Counted from the first letter of the stretch, positions 8,504 through 15,203 are shown. The stretch: 30,386 bases of DNA from Clostridia bacterium (GCA_045605405.1 JAZUPX010000113.1:1-30386), one strand, 5' to 3'. Notes: generated by a model from the letters alone, not told the origin. Numbers and translations: made by a program.

Positions 8504-9037
8504 CTATCCCCTCCTTTCTGTTACTATATCTAAAACATACTCCTGTAAAGTCAGCTTTTCCAGAGCTTCCACAAATAGCGGATGCCATTCTTCTTCCGGG
8601 CTTTTCGGGGCATATTGCTCTTTATTGCGCGTAAGCCGAAGCCATTCATCATATGCCTCCCAGTATGCTGACTCTCGCGCTTCTTTCTCCTGCTTTTCCC
8701 GCTCTCGTTTCGCCCGCATCTCTTCCATGGCTCTCTGCGCTTTTCTGTACTCTGCAAGTGTAGGCTTTTCAAAAAGACACAAGCTGAAATCTGTGTCAAT
8801 TTTCCGCAGTGCTTCTTTAAAAGAAAGTCCGAATAAACGCATTACAAAAGTAATGACATCCCCGCTCTCGCCGCAGCCAAAGCAGTAAAAGCCCCTGTCT
8901 CCGTCATACGCCTTGAAACTGGCTGTTTTTTCGTTGTGAAAGGGGCATCTTGCAAAGCCGTGGTCATTCACCGCAATTCCGTATGCCCCTAAAATCTGTC
9001 GCATTGTAAGCCGCTGTTTAATCGCATCTGCAAACAT
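8504..9037 (-). CDS. CHC2 zinc-finger (DnaG-type zinc-binding domain) protein, no catalytic primase domain
   Basis: CPFHNEKTASF...FYCFGCGESGDVITFV, followed only by a helical coiled coil. Confidence 0.88.
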   Translation of the reverse strand: MFADAIKQRLTMRQILGAYGIAVNDHGFARCPFHNEKTASFKAYDGDRGFYCFGCGESGDVITFVMRLFGLSFKEALRKIDTDFSLCLFEKPTLAEYRKAQRAMEEMRAKREREKQEKEARESAYWEAYDEWLRLTRNKEQYAPKSPEEEWHPLFVEALEKLTLQEYVLDIVTERRG

Positions 9038-9046
9038 ACAAAACCC

Positions 9047-9562
9047 TTAGTCCCCTTTCAGCCAGTTCCGAAGCCGATAGTAAAACAGGCTGTAAATCAT
9101 GCTCCCCGTCTCTTCCGGTTTACAAAATATAATCTGCAGATTATATTTATCCTGCCACGAAAAAAGCGTTCCGAGAAAGCTTTTGGGCTCCAAGCGACTT
9201 ATATAGTTATGTGCTCTGATATCTTCCCAAGAAGCTCCCTCTATCAGAAGAACGACGCGCGTCCCTCTCGCTTTTGCTCGAAGAAACTCGTTTTCAAGAC
9301 GGTTTCTATCTACCGTAATATTCCCGGCAACCTCGTCCAAATTGGCTTTGCGTTCTACACACAAAACATCCTCAAAGGTATCATCCCCTACCATAAAGGA
9401 ATAATCGCCTACGTCCAGCTTACGTTTTGTATACGGGATTTTTTTCTTATCAAAAAAGCTGAGAATATTTCCGTTGACCTGTTCCCGGGTATCACATAAC
9501 ACAAGAATATTTTTCAGTTTTTCCTGTATTTCCTTATCCGTGTAAAACCTGCGCATGTTCAC
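9047..9562 (-). CDS. ERCC4-domain (XPF/Mus81-like) nuclease
   Basis: DTREQ...LDVGDY...VERKANLDEV...LLIEG motifs. Confidence 0.9.
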   Translation of the reverse strand: MNMRRFYTDKEIQEKLKNILVLCDTREQVNGNILSFFDKKKIPYTKRKLDVGDYSFMVGDDTFEDVLCVERKANLDEVAGNITVDRNRLENEFLRAKARGTRVVLLIEGASWEDIRAHNYISRLEPKSFLGTLFSWQDKYNLQIIFCKPEETGSMIYSLFYYRLRNWLKGD

Positions 9563-9565
9563 TCC

Positions 9566-9997
9566 TTAAAACGGCAAACCATCATCATTTTCATTTGCTT
9601 CGCCGTCCAGTTTTGTAATGGTTGCTCTCTCCGGTTTCTCTCCTGTCCACGGTGGAAGCTCGGTAGCCTTTTCCTGATTAATGAAATATTTCACTCTCAA
9701 ATAGCCGTCCTCGTTTTTTTCAATTCTGGCAGCACCTAATGCGCCTACCCATCCTGGCAATTGGAAGTCTCCCTCCTCCACATCGAAGCTGTCAAAAAAG
9801 TCTGTCATATTCCTGTTAAACCAATTGTTTTTCACGATGAAATGTTTAATAGAAAGGTCGCTTCCCGAAGGTCTGACCGTGAGAACAATCATTGCATTTC
9901 CTTTTGTCGAAACGCTTTCTTCTGCATTTAAAATAACCACTCTGTGGTCTCCCGGTTCTATATGAACCGCTTCTTCTCTTTGATAACCCCAATCCAT
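9566..9997 (-). CDS. DUF669-like single-stranded DNA-binding protein
   Basis: IEPGDHRVVILNAEESVSTKGNAMIVL N-terminus, acidic tail ending DDGLPF; located in the recombination module. Confidence 0.7.
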   Translation of the reverse strand: MDWGYQREEAVHIEPGDHRVVILNAEESVSTKGNAMIVLTVRPSGSDLSIKHFIVKNNWFNRNMTDFFDSFDVEEGDFQLPGWVGALGAARIEKNEDGYLRVKYFINQEKATELPPWTGEKPERATITKLDGEANENDDGLPF

Positions 9998-10010
9998 AAA
10001 TTTTTACCTC

Positions 10011-10607
10011 CTAATATTTTGATTTCCAATTTTTAAAATAAACGTCTGTCAGTCCGCGCATTTCCAAGAACGCAAGGAATCCTGCTATTTCAGTTTCTAT
10101 GGGTTGTACCTCGTCCGGTCTGTAAGGCTCGCGATAAACTTCTTTGCCGTCTGAAATAATATAGGTAAACCGTCTTGCTTCCGGACAAAGTGCAAAATAC
10201 ATTGGATGCTGCGGCGAATCTGCATATTTCCCGTAATGATATGTTTTGCTGAATTTTATGTCGTATATAATGCCGCTTTTCAGAACATCCAAAATCCCAT
10301 ACAATACAAAATCCACATCAAACACCTTCATGTTTCGGGAAAGCTTCACCTGAAACGCGCCGTCCCGTACAGAATCGGCAACACCAAGGATCCCTTTTTC
10401 CCACTTGTGCCCTTCGGGCGGCGACGCACCTTCGCACGCCGCCGTCACCATGTTTTCAAACTGCTGTCCGTCAAGCATTGCCTGATTTGGCTTTGTCTTT
10501 TTACGATGCAATGTTTTTAAAAAATCTTCATACCCATTGTCCGATTTGTAAATCCAGTTCCAAGCAGACAAAAGGCTTTGCGTTATCAGATACTTATTTT
10601 TGCTCAT
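10011..10607 (-). CDS. PD-(D/E)XK exonuclease (partner of Sak4-type recombinase)
   Basis: ITQSLL N-terminus, G..FE, YGILD..(x)..YDIK, Q...Y motifs; start refined to ATG 10607 overlapping the upstream stop. Confidence 0.7.
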   Translation of the reverse strand: MSKNKYLITQSLLSAWNWIYKSDNGYEDFLKTLHRKKTKPNQAMLDGQQFENMVTAACEGASPPEGHKWEKGILGVADSVRDGAFQVKLSRNMKVFDVDFVLYGILDVLKSGIIYDIKFSKTYHYGKYADSPQHPMYFALCPEARRFTYIISDGKEVYREPYRPDEVQPIETEIAGFLAFLEMRGLTDVYFKNWKSKY

Positions 10608-11526
10608 ACCGTTTTGCCTCATGGTTGTAAGTGATTCCGAGGTCTTTCAGCCTTCCCGAAAGGCGTGCACGAAGTTCCTTTTCGCTTGTTAGTCCATGGG
10701 CAAGCCCCTTGATTTTTTCTACGGCGCCGGGAACATCCTCGGCATTCTCGATGGCTGCAATAATTTTTTCACCCTCTGCCATGGCTGCATTGTATGCTTC
10801 CTGTAGAGGACGAACCGCATCATTTTCTGCCGCTATGTTTGCTTTCACCTTGTCGAACAACACAGACAGGAAGTTATTGAGCATCCCATCCTCAAGGCTT
10901 GGAATTTCTATCATGCCGTTAATGCCGTAAGAAGACTTTGCGGAATATTCCTGCGTGGGCGTAAAGCAAAGATACCGCTTGTCCCCAAGCATTTGAAAGT
11001 ATGCACCAAGGTCCGCAGGCTGCCAAACCATTTCACGTGCCGCACCTTCACACATAAGGTCATAAACAGGATTACCCTCTCTGTCCTTATCCTTTGTTGT
11101 GTGGAATATGTATATCACGTTATGGGTCTTTTTAAGTTCACTGGAGAAACGCAAAAACTCACTTTTTACAACGCCGTACCCCTGTATAGATATGCCGCCG
11201 CCCTTTTTGCAAGCGGAAGGATTATTTCGCATTGCCCAGTCTTTCAGAAGATCAATAAATGCGCCAGTCGTATCGATTGCTACAGTTTTATAAGCGGCAA
11301 ATGCCGGAGTCTTGATATCCTCCAAAAGTTCTTCATAAGTCTTTACCATTACCGTGTCACGCCGATGTGCCGGGTTTACACGCTTTACACCTCGGTCAAC
11401 GTCTACCAGAACTACGTCCGGAGCCGAAAAAGCAAGGGTTGTCTTGCCTACGCCCGGTAGACCGCTGATAATCATAATGATGTTTTCGTCCTTAAAGCTC
11501 ATGTTTTCAGGTTTTACGATTGCCAT
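10594..11526 (-). CDS. Sak4-like AAA ATPase / single-strand annealing recombinase
   Basis: ISGLPGVGKTT Walker A, VLVDVDRG, VAIDT Walker B, IYIFH; adjacent to exonuclease and SSB. Confidence 0.85.
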   Translation of the reverse strand: MAIVKPENMSFKDENIIMIISGLPGVGKTTLAFSAPDVVLVDVDRGVKRVNPAHRRDTVMVKTYEELLEDIKTPAFAAYKTVAIDTTGAFIDLLKDWAMRNNPSACKKGGGISIQGYGVVKSEFLRFSSELKKTHNVIYIFHTTKDKDREGNPVYDLMCEGAAREMVWQPADLGAYFQMLGDKRYLCFTPTQEYSAKSSYGINGMIEIPSLEDGMLNNFLSVLFDKVKANIAAENDAVRPLQEAYNAAMAEGEKIIAAIENAEDVPGAVEKIKGLAHGLTSEKELRARLSGRLKDLGITYNHEAKRYEQK

Positions 11527-11541
11527 AATAAAAATTCCTCC

Positions 11542-11769
11542 TTAAATACTCGCCCGTCTAAAATAATAGCCGAACATATTAAATACCTCTTTGGGGCTCA
11601 TCTCGTCCACGCATTCCGGGCAGATGATTTTCCCGTCAAAATCCAAGTATCTTTCTCCTTCGTAAATCTCACCTTCGCATAACGTGCAGCTATGTACAGC
11701 CCGCCTTTTCTTCTCGGGTTCATAGCCCATTCTGTGCAGAATGATTTCCACATCCGATAAAATATCCAT
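11542..11769 (-). CDS. Small zinc-ribbon protein
   Basis: CTLCEGEIYEGERYLDFDGKIICPECV, RBS AAAGGAG. Confidence 0.8.
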   Translation of the reverse strand: MDILSDVEIILHRMGYEPEKKRRAVHSCTLCEGEIYEGERYLDFDGKIICPECVDEMSPKEVFNMFGYYFRRASI

Positions 11770-11917
11770 CGTTTTTCTCCTTTCCTCGTCGTCACGTGCT
11801 TCACCGGAATCGTTTTCCTATTCGGAAAACTTAACCATGTTCCGCCGCTCCTCCTCTCCCCTTAAAATGCATCCGCATTTTCGGGGACCCCGTAGGGCAA
11901 AAAACATTCGCCCGTTC

Positions 11918-11946
11918 TTGACATTGCTTTAAATTTCTGCTATACT
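11918..11946 (+). promoter_or_regulatory. Consensus sigma-A promoter, antisense to the early operon
   Basis: TTGACA (11918-11923), 17-nt spacer, TATACT (11941-11946). Confidence 0.8.
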
Positions 11947-12027
11947 AAAGATGTCATAAAATAAGTGTGCCTCCGGGCACGCCTCGTATTTGTTGCCGCA
12001 GATACGGGGCATTTTTTTTGCAAACAT
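11929..12027 (-). CDS. Possible 32-aa peptide (MFAKKMPRICGNKYEACPEAHLFYDIFSIAEI); alternative TTG frame 11940-12032 gives 30 aa
   Basis: Strong RBS GGAGGTG at 12038-12044 with no longer ORF to serve; frame ambiguous. Confidence 0.35.
   Translation of the reverse strand: MFAKKMPRICGNKYEACPEAHLFYDIFSIAEI
11953..12019 (+). ncRNA. Putative ~65-70 nt antisense small RNA
   Basis: Lies between the promoter above and a terminator. Contains hairpin GTGCC-TCCG-GGCAC (11966-11980) and the terminator hairpin. No ORF with an RBS. Confidence 0.55.
11981..12019 (+). terminator. Rho-independent terminator of the antisense unit
   Basis: GCCTCGTATTTG-TTGCCG-CAGATACGGGGC (12 bp with two G-U) followed by A and T8. 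Confidence 0.75.
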
Positions 12028-12089
12028 TTCAACTTTTCACCTCCAAACTTTAATATTTGTAAGCAAATATTCTAAGTATACTTGCAATC

Positions 12090-12374
12090 TTATGCTTCTT
12101 TTTCCCCTTTCTCAGCTGCTTCCGCATCCGCAAGTTCCACAATCGCTTCGCAAATATTAAGACGAAGCCATTCTTGCGCCGTCCGAAGAACCTCTTCCGC
12201 GAATTCTTTCTGAATCTTCTTAAGTGTCGGACTAAAGCTCTCGAAATCCTCGTCACCAAACATGCCATCCAACAATTCCCTTGCTTTTTCCATGCCGCTC
12301 ACAAACGCAAAATTCGTTACGTTCAAATCCTCTTTTTTGTACTCTCCGTTTTCAATAAGTCTTACAAAATCCAT
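12090..12374 (-). CDS. Hypothetical phage protein (94 aa, acidic)
   Basis: TAATG coupling to the upstream ORF; RBS AAAGGAG. Confidence 0.75.
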   Translation of the reverse strand: MDFVRLIENGEYKKEDLNVTNFAFVSGMEKARELLDGMFGDEDFESFSPTLKKIQKEFAEEVLRTAQEWLRLNICEAIVELADAEAAEKGEKEA

Positions 12375-12550
12375 TATAAATCCATCTCCTTTTCGTTCAT
12401 TTCTTCCGCTATTATTTCTGCTTCTCTTTTGTTTTCTGTGTACTCACCGGCAAACATTAAATTCCCACTGTGTACCGGCTTTGTGTCATCGATAACTTTC
12501 GCCGCGATATATCCCGCCATTGGGTTATGTAATACATGCCATTTACCCAT
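12374..12550 (-). CDS. Hypothetical protein, 58 aa (MGKWHVLHNPMAGYIAAKVIDDTKPVHSGNLMFAGEY...)
   Basis: Hand-translated; perfect RBS AAGGAGG; stop overlaps the next start. Confidence 0.75.
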   Translation of the reverse strand: MGKWHVLHNPMAGYIAAKVIDDTKPVHSGNLMFAGEYTENKREAEIIAEEMNEKEMDL

Positions 12551-12575
12551 TTTATTCCTCCTTCTTTTTATGTTT

Positions 12576-12757
12576 TAGCGATATGCTCACTTTGTTCGCG
12601 CGATATATTTGTTTCACAAATGCGATATAGCCTCATTTTATTCAGCTGCGATATGATATAAATTCACACATTGGGTCCCGAAGGGACATATCGCATCGAA
12701 GATATATCGTGTTCCGAAGGAACATATCGCAAATTCCGTCAGGAATTTATATCGCTA
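12576..12757. repeat. Structured intergenic element: 4 x GCGATAT + 4 x inverted ATATCG(C/T), separated by hairpins
   Basis: GCGATAT at 12578, 12600, 12622, 12648; ATATCGC at 12688, 12724, 12749 and ATATCGT at 12704; spacers self-complementary (see findings). Confidence 0.9.
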
Positions 12758-13018
12758 TTTGATGATTGGAACAACAATCCTGTCGCATGGATGCAGCACT
12801 GATAAATCCTGTTCATTCACACGCTCAACCTTTATTTTCCAATCATCAAATCTTCCGTGCCCAACTTCCTCCCAAATGCTCCAAAGGCTGTCCCCTTCCT
12901 GCACGACTACTTCTACTGTGGTATATTCCATGCATGCGGCTTTCACAAACGAAGTCACCGCAAGCACAATGAGAACCACCGCCACAACTGCCGCCATGCG
13001 TTTCTCTTTTTTACTCAT
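12755..13018 (-). CDS. Membrane-anchored LysM protein, YneA-like
   Basis: N-terminal TM helix (AAVVAVVLIVLAVTSFV), then LysM pattern VVVQEGDSLWSI...N...L.P.DRIVVP. Confidence 0.75.
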   Translation of the reverse strand: MSKKEKRMAAVVAVVLIVLAVTSFVKAACMEYTTVEVVVQEGDSLWSIWEEVGHGRFDDWKIKVERVNEQDLSVLHPCDRIVVPIIK

Positions 13019-13191
13019 GCGGCATGTCCTCCTTCCATCATCTTTTCCAGTTCCTTCATAACCGCCATAGATTCGGCAAACTCGCCTTCATACCCTCGCA
13101 ACGGTTTTTCCATCTTGTAATCCTCCGAAACCTGGTATGCCTTTTCTTCCAAAAGTTCATATGCCATCTTGAGCGCCTTGTCTTTGGTCAT
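13015..13191 (-). CDS. Hypothetical protein, 58 aa (MTKDKALKMAYELLEEK...)
   Basis: Hand-translated; ATGA overlap with the LysM gene; RBS present. Confidence 0.7.
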   Translation of the reverse strand: MTKDKALKMAYELLEEKAYQVSEDYKMEKPLRGYEGEFAESMAVMKELEKMMEGGHAA

Positions 13192-13197
13192 TTTTCC

Positions 13198-13374
13198 TCA
13201 AACACTCCCTTCTTTTTCCTTTAGTTCTTTTCTCTGCTTCTGCCATTCTTTGAATTTTTTCTGATTTTCCGGATTGTTAAAATGTTCAATCAAAGCTCCG
13301 TACAAAGAACTACCAATTAGACGCTTTGTGAGTGGACTTATTTGACTGAGATCCAATTTTATTTCCGCTTCCAT
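13198..13374 (-). CDS. Hypothetical protein, 58 aa (MEAEIKLDLSQIS...FNNPENQKKFKEWQKQR)
   Basis: Start refined to ATG 13374 after AAAGGAG; typical small early gene downstream of cro. Confidence 0.7.
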   Translation of the reverse strand: MEAEIKLDLSQISPLTKRLIGSSLYGALIEHFNNPENQKKFKEWQKQRKELKEKEGSV

Positions 13375-13388
13375 AAGTTTTCTCCTTT

Positions 13389-13583
13389 CTACTCTTCTTC
13401 CGCAATTTCCGTATGTTCTGCCGCAAACAATATCATTTTGCTTGCAATTTCCTTGACCGGCATTCCCGTGCACCGCTGATATTCCATCAGAACGTTTGCC
13501 GCCTCACCCGTTACCCGGATAACGCCGTCCCGAATTTTGGCCGTGCTCTTCGGATAGACCCGAAGAATGAGTTTTTCCTGCAT
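13389..13583 (-). CDS. Small protein, possible ribbon-helix-helix DNA binder (64 aa)
   Basis: Start refined to ATG 13583 after AAGGAGG; VIRVTGEAANVLMEYQRCTGMPVKEIASKMILFA resembles a beta-alpha-alpha RHH pattern. Confidence 0.6.
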   Translation of the reverse strand: MQEKLILRVYPKSTAKIRDGVIRVTGEAANVLMEYQRCTGMPVKEIASKMILFAAEHTEIAEEE

Positions 13584-13587
13584 TTCT

Positions 13588-13776
13588 TCACACCTCCTTA
13601 AATAATTCATCAATTGTGCAGCCAAGAACCTCGGCAAGTGCCGGGAGTTTGTCTGTTCGCGGCATTGTTTCTCCAGTCTCCCACATAGCCACCGTGCTCT
13701 GCCCGATTTTCAGCATTCTTGCTAAATCCGTTTGTTTTAGTCCTGCTTTTTCACGAAGCTTTTTAATAATATTCAT
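13588..13776 (-). CDS. cro: Cro-like HTH regulator
   Basis: IKKLREKAGLKQTDLARMLKIGQSTVAMWETGETMPR; divergent from cI. Confidence 0.9.
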   Translation of the reverse strand: MNIIKKLREKAGLKQTDLARMLKIGQSTVAMWETGETMPRTDKLPALAEVLGCTIDELFKEV

Positions 13777-13793
13777 CTTTGCCCTCCTCTCGC

Positions 13794-13919
13794 ATCAGCT
13801 TTCTTGATGTTATGCTTTTATTATAAATCAGCTTTCTTGATATGTCAAGCGTTTTTTAAAAATTTTTTCAATTTTATTGATATTGTATTTACTTTTGGGG
13901 AAATATCAGTTATATTGAT
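13794..13919. promoter_or_regulatory. Lysis/lysogeny switch: four ATCA-N7-TGAT operators and divergent promoters
   Basis: ATCAGCTTTCTTGAT at 13794-13808 and 13827-13841, TTCAATTTTATTGAT at 13867-13881, ATCAGTTATATTGAT at 13905-13919. Leftward promoter TTGACA (13848-13843), 17 nt, TATAAT (13825-13820) with one operator in its spacer. Candidate rightward TTTACT (13888), 17 nt, TATATT (13911). Confidence 0.85.
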
Positions 13920-13934
13920 ATAGAGGTGATAACA

Positions 13935-14261
13935 ATGAATAGAATAAAAGAATTGCGAATACAGCGCGGAATAATGCAAAAAGATTTGTCTGAATTTTTA
14001 AACGTTGCGCAGAATACCGTGTCATATTGGGAAAAAGGAACGTATCAACCGGATAACGAAACGCTCGCTAAGCTCGCCGATTATTTCGGTGTCACAACCG
14101 ACTATCTTATAGGGCGCACTGACACCCCTGATTCTTCGTATCTTGATTCTGAGCTATCCGAAATAGACTTTGCCCTCTACGGCGAGGTTAAAGACTTGAC
14201 AGAAGAAGAGAAAGAGAAAATTTTAGAATTTATTAAGTTTACAAAATCGCAGAGAAAGTAG
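13935..14261 (+). CDS. cI: CI-like (ImmR-type) repressor, XRE HTH without an S24 autopeptidase domain
   Basis: RIKELR...QKDLSEFLNVAQNTVSYWEKGTYQPDNETLAKLADYFGVTTDYLIGR; ATG at 13935 after GAGGTG. Confidence 0.92.
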   Translation: MNRIKELRIQRGIMQKDLSEFLNVAQNTVSYWEKGTYQPDNETLAKLADYFGVTTDYLIGRTDTPDSSYLDSELSEIDFALYGEVKDLTEEEKEKILEFIKFTKSQRK

Positions 14262-14267
14262 GTCACT

Positions 14268-14660
14268 ATGACATTATTGAATTTATATGACATAGCCGCC
14301 AGTAACGGTTTTGAAGTTTACTATTATCCGCTCCGCCACATGAAGTCTATTTCCACGCCCGAGGCAATTGGCATTGACGTCGACATGCTTTCTTCTTCTC
14401 GAGAGGAAAAGGAATGTCTCGCCCACGAACTCGGTCACTGCATGACCGGCTCCTTCTACCGCATAGATACATTAGAGACTCGCGGCCGCATGGAAGAGCG
14501 CGCCAACCGTTGGGCGTATAAAACCGTCCTTCCTCTCTCCGAATTGCAGGAAGCTTTGCAAAGCGGAATCACCCAAGCTTGGGAACTGGCAGAATATTTT
14601 GACCTGCCACAAAAATTCATAGAAAAAGCACTCTCCTATTACGAAACGCAAAGTGCATAA
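14268..14660 (+). CDS. ImmA/IrrE-family metallopeptidase (antirepressor protease)
   Basis: EKECLAHELGH (HExxH), E.RANRWA; directly after the repressor. Confidence 0.92.
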   Translation: MTLLNLYDIAASNGFEVYYYPLRHMKSISTPEAIGIDVDMLSSSREEKECLAHELGHCMTGSFYRIDTLETRGRMEERANRWAYKTVLPLSELQEALQSGITQAWELAEYFDLPQKFIEKALSYYETQSA

Positions 14661-14697
14661 AAAACAATTTATTTATTAGAAAGTAGGTATTCGTGTT

Positions 14698-15153
14698 ATG
14701 TTCATTGTAACCGCTCTGTTTATTTTATCGTTTATAGTATGTGCAGCATTTATCCGCTCAAAATGGAAGTTTTATGCTAACGGGGATATTCCGCTGTTTC
14801 AACCCATTAATCAACTTAGAAATTACAATATTTTATCTCGTGTCTGGCCTTGCGATAATGGATTTATGAGCCTGATATTCAGTGCATTGCGGCACACGAT
14901 TGTCCCTTTTATATTCTCACTTCTTATATGGTTCGTAAACGACGACGCTTTAGACAGTTTTCTTCTTTTTGCATCGCTAATATATGCTGTTTCTATAATT
15001 CCTCATTATAAAAAACGAAGAAAAGACTTTGTGACGGCAGGGGAATCATCTCGCGAAATGCTAAAGCCTGTAAAATCTGCTTGCTTCTCCGTAATTATCT
15101 GCGCGTTCGCAAATTACTTTATACTTCTTCTTTGCTATGGTTTGCGCCCCTAA
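14698..15153 (+). CDS. Multi-pass membrane protein of unknown function
   Basis: About four hydrophobic segments; AT-rich; located in the lysogenic transcript. Confidence 0.75.
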   Translation: MFIVTALFILSFIVCAAFIRSKWKFYANGDIPLFQPINQLRNYNILSRVWPCDNGFMSLIFSALRHTIVPFIFSLLIWFVNDDALDSFLLFASLIYAVSIIPHYKKRRKDFVTAGESSREMLKPVKSACFSVIICAFANYFILLLCYGLRP

Positions 15154-15203
15154 CAGCACACAACCATTAAGCACACAAACCATTTTGAAAGGAGTGACTC
15201 TCT

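Noticed and set aside
11929-12032. Type I toxin-antitoxin (micro-ORF plus antisense RNA)
   Set aside because: Neither reading frame gives a hydrophobic membrane peptide typical of type I toxins; kept only as a regulatory hypothesis.
12504-12510. Extra GCGATAT inside the 58-aa gene (others at about 1095 and 6638)
   Set aside because: Isolated heptamers without flanking hairpins; a few are expected by chance in 30 kb.
12578-12755. CRISPR mini-array interpretation of the repeat-spacer pattern
   Set aside because: Repeats are only 7 nt, half are inverted, spacers are 9-19 nt and self-complementary, and no cas genes are present.
12578-12755. Retron/DGR/RT-associated ncRNA interpretation
   Set aside because: No reverse transcriptase motif (YADD/YxDD with RT context) in any ORF of this window. 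It cannot be excluded for the unseen part of the genome, but there is no support here.
215-13807. Numerous plus-strand ORFs in the track opposite the early and packaging genes (e.g. 487-987, 7546-8010, 10993-11460)
   Set aside because: Antisense shadows of well-supported minus-strand genes; no RBS or recognisable motifs.
14253-14688. Repeated AGAAAGTAGGT before two lysogeny-region genes
   Set aside because: Explained as Shine-Dalgarno variants of AGAAAGGAGGT.
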